NCBI RefSeq assembly: GCF_032191835.1
Contig: NC_083228.1
Span: forward strand, 112,468,001-112,532,000
Direction of reading: 5' to 3'
Length of the DNA: 64,000 nt
Source of the DNA: Heteronotia binoei
Taxonomy: Eukaryota
Under the pieces are notes generated by a model, which had not been told where the DNA came from, did no database searches, and was given only the letters and a program-made list of their open reading frames with translations. A program made the translations under genes and the position numbers. Positions 1-12,864 of this stretch are shown here, piece after piece; the stretch's first letter is position 1, and each line of letters opens with the position of its first letter.

Positions 1-300
1 CAACTTTTACATGTACATATAGATCCCTTGCCTATATACATTTTTGTTTCATTGGAGGGTGGGGGAGATGTCTTGAAACAAAACTCAGATTTTGTTGTCT
101 TTACTGCCGCTTCCCTGCCACCCCCTTCAATATGCTATTAGTAGACACGAACAAAAAAGTAATCCATGGTTCTAGTTTTCTTTCCTCTGCATTCCTTAAA
201 ACCTTTCAAAACTCTCTGTTCCCTTTGCCGTATCTGCAGCTGGGTGAAAATCCATGTCATTTGATCTTTCTCCCTCCTCTTTCTTTCAACATGTAAAACA

Positions 301-346
301 GCTGAACAAAGTCTGAGTCCAGTGGCACATTTAAGACCAACAAAGC
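301..346. mobile_element. Penelope-like terminal remnant
   Basis: agtggcacatttaagaccaacaaag matches the arm of the palindrome at 18971-19158. Confidence 0.5.
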
Positions 347-2113
347 ACACCAACGCTTATACCCAGAACCAAATTTTGTTTCATGGTTACCAACCTGCAT
401 CTATGTAAAACAACTGTGAGTGTAATTTTGACAGGGAGGGGGAAGGAGAGGAAGGCTAGCTTATTAACCTTACCCTTCCTAACCACTAGTTTGCCCTGCT
501 TTGCTCCCAGGAAGGTACATGATTCCCAGGGGTCCCATATCTTTTAACTTTGATAAATTTTCCCCTTCCGTTTTCTATTAAGCAACCCACTCTGGGCTCA
601 GAGCAGCTTCCCTATCATCAAGCTAGGTGCAGCTTCAGTCCTCTGGGCCCAGCCTCAGTGGTGGTGGTGGAGTCTGGGACCACCACTGTAGCTCGGACCA
701 GAGAGCCTCTTGGCATCTGCTGCCACAGCTGCTCCTAGAGAGGATCTTGGTGTTCTCTGCTGCCACAGCAGGGCCTGAAGCACCTGCCCTACAGGTATGT
801 GCATTGTCTTCATGTGCAGACAATCTTTTTTTTTCATTTGGGAGGGGGATTTAAGCCCCCAATGGTTTTTTTTGTTCAGATTTTTCTGCAAACCTGTGGG
901 GTTCCCCAAGTTTGCAGAGAAATCTGTTTCACATCAGTGTGGCCCCAATCCACAGATTTAGGTATCCACAGATGGGGGCCCCAGAGTTCACTATTAGATA
1001 TATAGATAGCAGAGGTGGTGCTTTTTCCTTTCTTGGAGGTGAGGACAAGCAGAGGCAATTCTATATACCAGGTAACACTTGGGCCTTCTGAAAAATTTAG
1101 CAGTGACGGTAGCATTAGGATGGAAAGTGGCAGAAGAACTGCTAAGCTTGCTATTTTTTGGTGGAGGAATTAACTATAGCACTGTATTTTTTAAAACAAA
1201 AGAGCTAGCCAAGTGATCAGTCAGTTGAGTTTAATTGCTTTTTCTTTGGTAGACAAAGGGGTGTCTTGAGTGTACTGGTATGAAAAAGCCTTGGAAAGAA
1301 GAAAGAGCCCTTATGCCCACCTGAAATTTAAAAAAATAGAAAGCCCTCCTTCTCAAAGTGTATTCTTTTGAATGGAGGAAAATTTAATTAAATTAAGCAT
1401 TCTCACAATGCCAGGCATCATTACAAGCTGCTATGTTGGAAAACACTGTTTGTTCCAGCTTGCAATCAACAGGCAATGTAATCTTCTTCAAGTTATTTAT
1501 GGTTCTCTTGTACATCTGAGAAAGAGCATTAGTCACAGTTGGATCCTGGCCCTTCTTCTGATGTGCTGTAGGTATACATGTCCCTTAGCTCAGGTAGAAC
1601 TGGCAGATCTAAAAAAAATATCAAGCCACAGAACAGAACAACTTCAAAAGTTCACGGGTTGGCATTTGATAACTTCTTTGGGAATAAATAAAGCATTTTC
1701 TATTCAGGTCCTTGCTCCATCACTGTAGTTACCTCAGCGCCTTCTGCTAGAGCAGCTGTTATCACACTGAGGAGGCACCTTCTTTGGAAAATCATAGTAC
1801 TGTTCTCTGAAGATCTGGAGGACCTGTATGTTAAGAATACTTTCATTATTATTATTTTTCTTAGTAGTTTCATTCAAGACATTTAGGCCTAGTTCCTAAG
1901 GGTTGGATCCAGCCAGCTTTTTCACTCATTTTCCCTCAGTTTTTCTCTTTATTACAACCCTGGTCTTGTATGGCTTTTGTGAGTCCAGTTCCCATGATCC
2001 CCAGCATAGCAGTTTTGGATGGTCAACATGGATAGCAGCTATGTGTAGACAATATCACATGGGGGTGGGGTATGTGTAGACAAAGTAAGATAAATTTACA
2101 TAATGTACATAAA

Positions 2114-2536
2114 CAGGGCTGATGTGTGGGAGTAGACCAGGTAGGTGGCTGCTAGGGCACCACCTGGCAGTAGGGGTGGGGGCAGACACCCCCTCCTCCT
2201 CCCCACCTTCCAGGCCAGCAAACATGCTGCCGTCCCTGTTCAGCTGAAGCACAGATCCGAAGGGACTGAGTTGGGGGTGAGGGATAGCATGCAACACATT
2301 TGCTCACAATGGAGACATTTGGAGCAGCTCCAAATGCCTCTGATGTGAGCAAATGCATTGCCTACCACTCTTACCTGGCCCCTTCTGGGGCTGAAACACA
2401 GATCTGGAAGGGGCTGAGTGGGGATGGCAGCGGGTTTACTGGCCTGGGAGGCAGGGGGGGCACCTGCCCCCGCCGCTGTGGTCAGGTGGTGCCCTAGGTG
2501 GCTGCCTATCTGGCCTACTCCCACGTGCCGGTCCTT
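2114..2536. mobile_element. Palindromic non-autonomous hAT-type MITE
   Basis: About 50-bp imperfect TIRs (cagggctgatgtgtgggagtagaccagg / ctggcctactcccacgtgccggtcctt). 8-bp flanks tacataaa / tatgtaaa. Confidence 0.8.
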
Positions 2537-2849
2537 TATGTAAATTAATCTTACTTTGCCAATTCATAAAACTGTATGGAAGGGCAGGGACACTCTTGAA
2601 AGGGAGTTTTTCTTTCTCTCCATCAGGGGAGCCCCCTCGCCTTCTGCAACCTGTAGCCTTGCTGTGCCATCACAGGGAAGAGAAAATGGAGCTGGGGAGG
2701 GAACACAAGCTTACTTTCTGTGATGGACCTTCTGGTGCAAGATATAAGAAGGGCAACAAAACATTTGTGTTGTTTATTGTTTTTTTTTTTAAATAAAGTT
2801 TGGAGGAATAAATTATTTTTTGTAGTGACCTCATCACCCCAAGTCCTTA

Positions 2850-3045
2850 TTGAAGAAGAAGAAGATGATTTTGGACTTATATCTCACCCTATACCCTGAA
2901 TCTCAGAGTGCCACAATCTTTTTTACCTACCCCCCCCACACACAACAGACACCCTGTGAGGTAGGTGGGACTGAGAGAGCTCTTGCAGCAGCTGCCCTTT
3001 CAAGGACAACTCCTACAAGAGCTTCGGCTGACTCCAAGCATGAGT
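2850..3045 (-). mobile_element. Squam3/MIR-CORE-type SINE, 5' truncated
   Basis: (gaa)n tail, L2-like end, CORE-like cacaacagacaccctgtgaggtaggt. Collinear with the copy at 7554-7836. Confidence 0.75.
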
Positions 3046-3993
3046 GAATCAAAATTGTGTATGAATTCCAACTTTGCCATTTTCTTTGTGGAATCTTCCT
3101 TTGAAACTTTCCTGCAGAAGTGCTGAATTCCAGATGTCTATTACAAAATGCCCAGGAAAGTGGAAATTATGTCTTAGTGGTTTTTGAGGGCCTAACTAGA
3201 CATTGTTATATTTTCCCCTCCTCAAATCCACTCTGTTCCTGCCAATCAGATCTATGCTTGGATTTCTGGACATGAAATTCCCAATAAACCTTTGATTTTT
3301 GCCCTCAGCAGAAAGGGAGAAGTTGTTAACAGTGGAGATAACAAACTATGAAATTCAGGAGGCATCATTTATGGTATTTCTAAGTAAAACTCAAAAGTAT
3401 TGTGAGAAAAAGACCCCTAATTTCAGTAATATACAGACATTGTAATCACCTGTTTGGTTGCCAGGGCGCCTGGAGACTCAACTCACACACATCTGCCAGG
3501 GAAGCGTGGGTTTTGTCTACCAGAGTGTAAGAGACTTATGTGAGTACTAACAGCCACAGCGTTGTAGCAGCACTCTGTATCTCCGAAGGAGTGCTAGCGA
3601 GGAGGACAGATGGGTTTTCAGCCGCTGTGTGTGCGCACCATCTCGGCCGTTGCAATGAAAGAAGACAGGAACTGTCCGGGCAAGTAGCTTCCAACCTTAA
3701 CCATGAAAGCCATGTTGGTAGGCTAACATCATCAGCAACTATCTTCCTGCAGTGCCAGACTCCATAAAAGTGAAGCAAGAGGCTCACGTACTCAACAGCT
3801 GTCACTTATGCATAAGGCAATCAAGCTTATCTTAGGCGTGGATCCTGCCAGACTGCCTAAGCTTTTGTCCAATGGAACCTAAGACAAAAGATGGTGCCAG
3901 TAGAGGAGTAAAGAAGAGGAAGAACAGCTTCACTCAGGGCCATAGTCATTGTATAAATTGGGTGTCACCTTAGGTATCAATTTGACTCTCTGT

Positions 3994-5082
3994 TGTCACA
4001 TATAGATAAGTATGATAGCTTGTTAATCACTTCCACCCCAATACCCTCACCCATTCTTTACCCTAATGGTCACCCTGGAGTCTCCCCCTTCTTGCCCATT
4101 GTTAGCAGGAAGCCCAATCAGGTAACCAGGGCCAAGTCTGTTCATTGGCTGGATATGGGTGTCCAATCAGGTGTCCCTAATAAACTGGCCATTGGCCACC
4201 GCATAAGTCCAGCCCTTATGGTCATTGCGGAGCCTCCCCTTTTCTGAGGTCGCGTACCAGCTGACCACCTGTCATCTGTCCCTGCACCTCCTACCCCCTA
4301 GGGGCTCAAGGTAGCCCTTATAACCTCTGACCCAACTTCCCACAGGTGTGCATCTAGTAAGTACCCCATTCCTGCTGTTTAGATACATCCCCAATTCCTG
4401 ATCCATACCATACCAAACCTTTAATGGCATAATAGATTCAGATAAAAATACACAGAATATAAAAATTTAAACATTGGAGATAAAATCAAAATGAAACCGA
4501 GTTTACAGATGCATTCAAACATGGTCAGAATTAAATTTAAGGATGTCAGCCAGAAATTTTGCCACAGCCTCACTAACCACCCCCTCAGTATCACTCAATA
4601 AATAATAACAGGGTGGTAGAATAGACAAATCAGGGGAAAAAGAAAGCTTGCCAAATAAATCTTTGCGGAGGTTATGGTAAAAAGAACAATCAAGCAATAT
4701 ATGCTGGATTGAGTCAGGAGTATTCGCTCCACAGGAGCAAAGTCTGTCGGCTAAAGGGACTCGCTGATATCTCCCTTGTAAAACTTTGGAGGGATCAATT
4801 GAGGGTCCTTTCCCCCATCTCCCTAGTTTGTCGTCATTGGAGCATTCCTCGAAGACTACAATTGGTAATTATCGCCCTGTTTGTCCATTCTTATGTTACC
4901 GCTATATATTTCTCTCTGTTTTTATTAGGTCTGTATGTATGTTATATGTGTGTTCTGTATTTTTCTGTAATAAAATCATAATTGTTTTACTTAATTAGTG
5001 TCCTCTGTAAATATAGCAAGAATTTCTGGAAGTTGAATCCTGTATATATAGATTCTAGATCCTTTTGAGCCAAAGTTGTCCA
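3994..5082 (+). mobile_element. Solo LTR (ERV/Gypsy-type) interrupted by a LINE fragment
   Basis: TG...CA ends with tctgt/cctgt flanks. Four CCAAT/ATTGG boxes (4114-4195), cttataa at 4317 and AATAAA at 4969, in LTR order. Confidence 0.7.
4402..4712 (-). mobile_element. 5'-truncated LINE 3' end inside the LTR (clade uncertain, possibly R4/Dong- or RTEX-like)
   Basis: Minus-strand ORF LDCSFYHNLRKDLF resembles the end of a C-terminal CCHC knuckle, followed by atgccattaaaggtttggtatggtatgg, a 3' end with a short repeat tail. Confidence 0.6.
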
Positions 5083-5504
5083 CCTGTCAATTCCCCAACC
5101 TCTTTTGAGGGCATTTTGGCTTACAGTATGCAACACATAAGCACAGTGACTATTCACATAGCTGTAGTGTAGACCTCTTCCACATCTGTTGTTTGCCTCT
5201 GAGTTTGATAGCCTTTTCTTATCCTGCTTCTCCATGGCATCATGGTGCATTCATGCACCTTCTGAGCTTTTCTCTGATCTTCCCCAAACTTTCTTTGCTG
5301 AGAAGTTTTGGGAAAGATTGCAGTAAAGGCTGGATGGCTGCCAATGAAGCAAATTCCAGATTTTCTAGTCCCACCAGCATGGCAGTCATTTTCTCTGCCT
5401 CAGGAATGTGGCCATTCTTGTTCTACATTGAGTTCTCCATGTAACTTCTCCCCCATCCACCCTTTTCTGCTTTCCTGTATAAATTTAGCTATGTCAAATG
5501 TCTC

Positions 5505-5580
5505 CATGCATCTGATGAAGTGAGCTTACAAAAACTTTTGCTGAAATAAATGTTGTTAATTCTTAAGGACCCTCTGGACT
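5505..5580 (+). mobile_element. Penelope-like terminal remnant with degenerate hammerhead core
   Basis: CTGATGA at 5512-5518, then gtgagcttac, then aaaaac in place of GAAAGC, then aataaatgttgttaattcttaagg, resembling PLE terminal repeats. Confidence 0.55.
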
Positions 5581-7105
5581 TTCATTTAATTCTCCATGCA
5601 GCTTCCCACTGAAGTTTCCTGTGTCAAAAAATAGTGACTTTCATGTCAGCAGAAGGATGTCCTGTTGGAATGAGCTCCCCAGTTTGCATCATGAACTGCC
5701 ACTCTTTGTGGATTTTAAATTTGAGTGCCAGGGCTGCGTAAAATTCTAGTCATTCTTATCTCTATAACTGAAGCAAGAAATGGGCAAGACTTGGAACAGG
5801 GATTCAGAGTATGTGTTTGGTTTATGGAGAAGGTTATCAACAGAACTGGTCCTATAGGAACAATAAACTTCCTGCCCAGCATGGTTGAAAAGAGGTGTTA
5901 TGCTGTGTGACCTTGCACCTGAATTTTCTACTGCTTCCTTTCTTTTCTCCAACTTCGCACTATAGAGACTGTGTTCAGTGTGATAAGCATCATGTATAAC
6001 AAAAGATGCATAATTATAGCAGTTGCAGGAATGAAAAATGGAACATTGGGAGATATAGAGAGCAACTTACAGATTCCTCCTGAACTTGTTGTCCATGGGT
6101 GGCTCTTTCCAATTAACATCTTCTAATTGTGTTGGCGTACAAGCAGGTTTTGAGTGTGAGCATGCACTTGTGTGCTTGCGTGCATGTGTTTGGTCTCTTG
6201 GTACAAAGGTATAGGCAAGTGTAAAGGCAGAATTTTAATCTGAGTCAGAATGTTTGAAATGCTGTCTTTAAATCACAAAACCTGACTCTCTTAAGGGCTG
6301 CAGGAGGCTTTCTCTGATTTAACACAAAGTGCTTCTTCTACAGAAAAGGAACTGTGGATGTTTGTAGCCAAGGGTGCAGTAGCCCCCTGTTTATTTTAAG
6401 ATATCCTCACTCCAGTGATCTTGAATTAGAGACTTAAAAGGCATGCTCATGTGTAAAGCTTGGGAATATGCTCAGAAAAAAGGAATGGGACCAGTTTATC
6501 TGTAGTACAGGCATACCTTAAGAAAGTGTTGTCTGACAGTGCTTCATGTTGCTTAACTTATTTCCAAAAGAGGCATATAGTGCTTGTGAAAACATTGCCT
6601 TGTAGTACACTCTTTTTATGCTGTGAAGATGTACTGTGGTCAGTTTATATATGATCCGATTATTAACTCACTGTCTGTCAGTCCCAGCTATGCTACTTAC
6701 CGTATATTGTTTCTGTTTCACGCTGGATAAACTGAATTTGTGTTGAAGGGAAGTACGGTGTTTATTGCATTCGCTGTTCATGTGTCTCTGGTTCCATACC
6801 ACTGAGATTCTACTCTAATCCTTTTCTGAATAGAGGGGATTGCAGATGCAAATGTCCTTTGTGCTTCTGAATCCCTACCAACAATAGAATGTGCATGTGC
6901 TGTAATTCTGGCAGTTATCTTTTTTTAAGGGGGATTTATAAGCATGAGTTCTTCTTATATCTTCCCGAGAATGGAATGTCCCAATGACATCTTTGAACCA
7001 GTCACTCCAGACCTTGAAGAGCCATTTCTGAAATGCTATTCTGCATGTATTTTGTGATTCTGTACAAGTGTAAAAAACACCCCCTTAAAATCCATCCTAC
7101 CTGGC

Positions 7106-7316
7106 TAGAGTTTCCACTACCAGGTGGGGCCTGGAGCTCCCCCACTTTTACAACTGATCTCCAGGTGGCAGAGATCAGCTCCCCTGGAAATAATGGCTGC
7201 TTTGAAAGGTGGACTCTGGCATTGTACCATGCTGAGGCCCCTCCCCAAACCCTGCCCTCTCCTGGATCCACAGCCAAAGTCTCCAGGTATTTTACAACAC
7301 AGACCTGGCAACCCTA
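7106..7316. mobile_element. hAT (Blackjack-like TIR) MITE
   Basis: Ends tggcaacccta. Body shared with copies at 23316 and 41359. No TSD seen. Confidence 0.75.
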
Positions 7317-7553
7317 TTAACATGGTCTATTCAACATCCTGAGAGCCACCAGTTTTCATTTTTTTAAAAACCAAGTAAGTTTCTAGCTCTTAAGAAGATA
7401 TTAGACTTGCTGCACCAAAATGATCAAAGGTAGAGCTTTCTTCAGGGCTTCACAGAAGGATATTTCTTTCCATAGACAGCAGGAAGCTCCTGTAGTAAAG
7501 AACATCCAGCTGAGGCAAGTACAATTTGCTTGACTCCCCCCCCCCTTTACTCT

Positions 7554-7836
7554 AGAAGATGATGATGATACTGGATTTATGTCCCGCCCTCCACTCCGAA
7601 TTTCAGTCTCAGAGCAGCTCACAATCTCCTTTATCTTCCTCCCCCACAGCAGATACCCTGTGAGGTGGGTGGGGCTGAGAGGGCTCTCACAGCAGCTGCC
7701 CTTTCAAGGACAATCTCTGTCAGAGCTATGGCTGACCCAAGGCAATTCCAACAGGTGCAAGTGGAGGAGTGAGGAATCAAACCCAGTTCTCCCGGATAAG
7801 AATCCGCACACTTAACCACTACACCAAACTGGCTCT
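7554..7836 (-). mobile_element. Full-length Squam3-like SINE
   Basis: Minus strand shows a tRNA head (agagccagtttggtgtagtggttaag A box; gggtttgattcc B box), a CORE-like body and an L2-like tail with (atc)n. Confidence 0.85.
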
Positions 7837-7894
7837 AGAGCAAATATAAACCTGATTTTCTCTGAAGCATATTGGAAACTGTTAGATAACTGTG

Positions 7895-8575
7895 TGTACT
7901 AGCCCTGGTGGATCTGGTGTTGGCAGCAGGCAGAAGCTCCATGGGACAAGCAGGCAGAGAGCACCAGGTAGTCACTTACAGCAAGGGTTCAGTCAGGAGA
8001 GCGGTCAAGAAACAACCCAAAGTTCATGGGTCCAGAAGTCAGGTTGTCCAGGGTCCAATCTGGGTTCAGAACAACAGAGGTTCTAGTCAGAGGGTCAGGA
8101 GGATACAGGGACAGTGGTTATACAGCTGTGGAACAAATTGTGTCCACAATTAGCAGCTTCGCCTTACCTGGATTTATAACTGGCTTTCCATGGGTTATTT
8201 AGCCGCTGCTAATTGTGGTATACATCCCTGCAAGTACTCATCTCCTGCTTCACCTGGTGACAGGTGTCTGCAATTCATCAGATGCTCACTGCAGTGAGCT
8301 CTCAGGTCTGATATTCACTCATGGCAATGGCACTTAAGGGATGTTGGAGGAACACTGGGCCCAGCCTCCTCCACCATTACATCTGGTCTGCATGCCAGCA
8401 AATTACTTGCAGCTGGAGGGGAGGGCAGACCAGGTACAGCCGGTGTGTTGGCAAGAGCCTGCATCTTCTGTCCTTGAAGACTGATGGGCTTTATCTCAGC
8501 TGGGTGTTCCTTCGCTCCTTTTGTTATCAGGCTGGTAGTTCATCTGGTCAGGCTGGCTATCAGGGTAACATGACA
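7895..8575 (-). mobile_element. Solo LTR, Gypsy-like
   Basis: TG...CA termini, 5-bp TSD ctgtg (7890-7894) / ccgtg (8576-8580), minus-strand TATA near 8185. Confidence 0.75.
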
Positions 8576-9190
8576 CCGTGGGTGGAGATTCCATCTGGAC
8601 ACTGCCGCACAGCTACCTGGGGGAAAGTGGAGCTTTGAAGGACTATTTCAAATTGTAGTATTTTAGTCCAGAGCAGCTAGGGGAAAGGAAGGAACATAAA
8701 CCTTTAAAGAGCTTTCTCTGAGGGCATTGTGTGCTGTGAGAGAGCAAGCACCTTGGGAAGGCATAAAAGGAAGGAGTGGGGCTGGGATGGCAGCAGGGCA
8801 GTTAGAGTGGGGGCGGGGCCTGTCACTGTGGATGCTGTTCTGGTTTGTTCCCATGATGCCACTTACTGCTGCCGCTACTGCCGTATTTTTTGTACTCCCT
8901 TCTAGAAGCAACCACCACAGTAACATTCCCAGCATTTCAGGGTGAAGAATTTGCATGTCTTGAAAGCTGTCTACTCTCTCCCATGCTAGTGGAGGCAGGT
9001 TAATTATAACATAATGCAAATTGGCTTTATTTACATAAAGGACATAAATGGCTGGTTTTTGTCTCTGGCACAGAATGTGGGATACAGTAACATTTGGGCT
9101 TTTTGTGGTCAGGAGGTGCTGCCTGCCTCTATGGGAGCACCTCACCAGAGAGACAATGGGGTCCCCAATTCTGGGAACCAAATGGATTCT

Positions 9191-10403
9191 TGTCAGAAAC
9201 AGGCCAAGGGAAAACACTCCTTGCAAAATGGAGTGAGACATGGTTTGAGTTTGTTCTGGTTACCACATAGGCATCCTCCTGGTCTGGTCTCTCCCCCACC
9301 CCAATGGAATGCATAAAAACAATGGGGTTCATAGGTAAGTATGACTCATGACTTAATCCTCGGCTACTGATTAATGGCCCATCTCCAGGGCTGCTTACTT
9401 CAACTCAGCTCCTTCTATTCACTTCTATGCTAATGTCTGCCACATTGCATACATCCTTTGTCTTCTAAGGAGCCCCGTGGCACAGAGTGGTAAAGCTACA
9501 GTACTGTGGTCTGAACTCTCTGCTCATGACCTGAGTTCGATTCTGCCGGAAGCTGGATTCAGGTAGCCGGCTCAAGGTTGACTCAGCCTTCCATCGTTCT
9601 GAGGTCAGTAAAAATGAGTACCCGGCTTGCTGGGGGTGGGGGAAAGTGTTGATGACTGGGGAAGGCAATGGCAAACCACCCCGTAAAAAAGTCTGCAGTG
9701 AAAATGTCGTGATATGACGTCACCGCAGAGTCGAAAATGACTGGTGCTTGCACAGGGGACCTTTCCTTTCCTTTGTCTTCTATCCTGACTCCTCCTTAGA
9801 GTATCTGGACTAAATTGATTACAAACATTAAACGCATCAGGACCCATTGAGGCAGACATCTAGAGTCATTCTCACCTATTGTTTTGAGCTGGAAATCCAT
9901 TCAGGTTCCCAGGAAAGACACATCAGCACCCATCAAGTGTCATTATAGTTCTGGGAAGGTCATGAAGCCTCCAAGCCTTATAAAACATGAGAGCAAGCTA
10001 TACCTCCTTGTTCAATTTGGCCACATGTGGACAGGTCCCCCCCCATTACCCTCAGACATGGCACGATGGCTGTGCATGTCTCCATCTCCAATTACTAAAT
10101 GGACATCTACACATCTGGACAGGTAGTATTGCCTTTATTATAAACCCTAAAAGCCCCTATCTCTCACCTCTATTCTTCTTAGCCCTTGAGCGTGTATATT
10201 TTATTGCTTGAGTATACGATTGTACCTTTTTACATAATTTTCTAGTAAACATTATAAAATATATGTACTTTAAAGTCTTGCTTTCTGAAACTGGACCTCT
10301 GTATCATTGGTGGATAAGATCTCCACTCCAAATTCACTCTACCTAAGTCTCCTTCTTGCTAATTTCTCCATCTAAAAGCGGAGACCCCAAGCATTTCCCA
10401 TAA
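9191..10403 (+). mobile_element. Possible solo LTR interrupted by the Sauria SINE
   Basis: cttataaaa near 9977, AGTAAA near 10244, ends ...cataaca. 5' boundary and TSD not established. Confidence 0.3.
9468..9768 (+). mobile_element. Sauria SINE (Squam1), full length
   Basis: tRNA head (gtggcacagagtgg, gagttcgattc), RTE/BovB-like 3' part (ggcaatggcaaaccacc), (ccttt)n tail. Exact 14-bp TSD tcctttgtcttcta at 9454-9467 and 9769-9782. Confidence 0.92.
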
Positions 10404-12371
10404 CATTTGGAGCACACAGCCTTGTTTGATACTGAAATATTTAGAACAGGAAACTGCCACTCAGGTTATGTATAGTGGTGGTTGTCAGTCCATAGGTTGA
10501 AGTGGGTTGTAGAGCCCTCTCTTCTGGGTCATGACTGCCTTTTATGGGGAGGGGACCTGCTTCTGATGTACATGCATAGGGACCAAGGATGCCACAAGCC
10601 TTGTTCCTATTTGTACACATGCCAAGAGAAGCTATAGGCAAGCTCATCAAGTTGTGGATAGGAACCCTCTAGTGCTCCTCATTCTGGTACATCTCATGAT
10701 GCTCATCAATGTTTCCTGTCCCTGGTTCTCTTCCTCTGCTGGGCAAAAACCCTACCCTTGACGCAAGTGAAGCTGTAATTCTGTCCTTTCCCATAGTTCT
10801 GATATCGCATAATTACCAATCATACACCTGTATCTCAGTCCCAGGTCTGGAAGGATTGACGACATCCACTGTGGCAGACCACATGGACAGCATTCAAAAG
10901 GTGCCAGGTTCAATCTCTGCCATCTCCTCTGACAGGATTTCAATTATCAGGCACTGAGAAGAGACCCTTTTCTGCTGGCACCCTGGAAAACCTGCAGATT
11001 CTATGGAGTCCACAGTCCAGAGGTCATTTTCTGAGGTAATAGAAGGCAATTTCACATATATAGGTACTGCTGTTTTCATTCGCCCACAACCATCACTTAT
11101 CCCTCCAAAATTTCTAGCAGCTTCCTGCTTCTTGACAAGTCAGCACAGCTTTCAAAGGGTCTATTGCTAGATCCTCCCACTCTTTGGCACTCTCAAAGAG
11201 GCCTTCAAGCCCTTCGTTATCACTTCCAGCTTTTCTCTGCATTTATCCAGCAGGGCTTACACCTTCAAAAGCCACCTCCATCCTCAGGCATTCTGTCAGG
11301 AACTGTTCTGCTGGATGAATGACAGTATCAGAGGTGTTTGCTTGACTGGCCAGTTTATATTGCTGAGGCAGTTTGGGATTTAGATGCTGCCTCTTTTGAA
11401 CATTTAGAAAGTTCATGGATAAGATTCCCCCTCCCAACAAAAATTCCCCTTTCATCTAAAAATTTTAGGAAAGCAACTGCAGTTCTGACACAGAATGCTA
11501 GCGAGGGACATCTTCCTCCTATGTTTTTATTTTGGGCCCTTGTGATGAAACTGAATCAGAGCTGGCATGGTTCCAGACATGTTAAATGGTATTCAAGGAA
11601 GCTGGAGATTGGGTTTTGAGGGGGCAACAGAGTTCACACTCTTCTGTGGAAGAAAGAAGACAGCCGTTCCCTCATTACCACACAGAAGCTTCCCTCAGTG
11701 TTTGTCGGATTTGTGTGTCACAAAACTGGGCCTGTGAGCCAATTGTGGTGTGTAATCTAGTGACACATGAAAGTATTAGAATGGTGTTAATAATCATGTT
11801 AAGCATGCACAGAAGCTGGGCCAAAAATAAATAAAAAACTGCTTGTCAAGATGGCCATCTCCAGACAAGCAAAAAGAATAGGTACAGTTTAACAAACTAC
11901 TTTTAAAAAGTGTTTGATACTCTAGTTTACTTCTCATTAAAGCCTACTTCATCCTTTGCAGATATAGTCCCAAACTGAAATCAAAACACCCCTCCCCTTT
12001 TCCTTGTTCATTTTCCACTGGTAATATACCCCTCCAAACCTGAAATTAAATGGCTGTGGAGGGCACATTTACCTATATTTTCCCTCACTGCAGAGCTTAT
12101 TGAAGATTTCAGCAGGAATTTTAAATCATGGATTGGAGATGGAAGAAAAAGGTTAAACTCCCCCCACTTGACAACCCTTTCCTGATCTTCAAAGCAGCTG
12201 CTAATACAAGGTCTGATTAGATATTTAATGTGTGACCCGGGACTCCCTTTATAAACAGGGGAGGGCAAATAATCTTCCAAACCCAGCAAATGGCAGGAGG
12301 GGCTTCATCACTCCCTCCTTTCTACCCTGTGCATATTTGCTAGCAGAAAAACATTGTTTGGGGCAAACCAT

Positions 12372-12462
12372 CTCATAAAATCATAGAGTTGGAAGGGGCC
12401 ATACATACCATTTAGTCCAACCCCCTGCTCCATGCAGGATCATCCTAAAGCATCTCTGACAA
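12372..12462 (-). mobile_element. CR1 3' end fragment
   Basis: cataaaatcatagagttggaaggggccat...tagtccaacccc, a typical CR1 terminus. Confidence 0.7.
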
Positions 12463-12610
12463 ATAATCAACCAGACACGTTTAACGTATCCTCTCTCACT
12501 TCAAAAAATGTGGAAGACAGTGATAACACATAAAGGGTTTAATCATTTGTGAACTCACCCTTAGTAGTTAGGGCCGGTTCATAAATTACAAAGTCCCCAT
12601 GATCACACAT

Positions 12611-12864
12611 TAGGGTTGCTAACCCCCAGGTAGGAGTGGAGGATCCCCAATTTCATGGGCTCCTGCCCACTGTCAACCAGATGGCCAGTGGCGGAAACCC
12701 CACCTCAACAGCCACAAGCCTGCAGGATATCCCTGACATGATGACATCACATGAAAGTGATGTCATCATGTCTGGGATGTCACATGTGGTGATGTCACCC
12801 CACCCACCACTCCCAGAGAGCTCCCACCCCTCCGCTGGTGCCAGGTAAGGACCTGGCAATCCTA
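12611..12864. mobile_element. hAT MITE (Blackjack-like TIR)
   Basis: tagggttgc...ggcaatccta with exact 8-bp TSD tcacacat. Internal hairpin gacatgatgacatcac/gtgatgtcatcatgtc. Confidence 0.9.

Noticed and set aside
550-800. GC-richer stretch ending in CAG|GTATGT, a possible exon
   Set aside because: No frame resembles KCNAB1 or any protein I recognise, and there is no convincing acceptor.
3536-3805. CpG-retaining unique segment with ORFs on both strands
   Set aside because: It does not match the Kvbeta1.2 or Kvbeta1.3 first exons. It could be an enhancer, but that needs cross-species alignment.
8663-9241. 192-aa minus-strand ORF
   Set aside because: No recognisable domain, and the length is within chance expectation for six frames of 64 kb.
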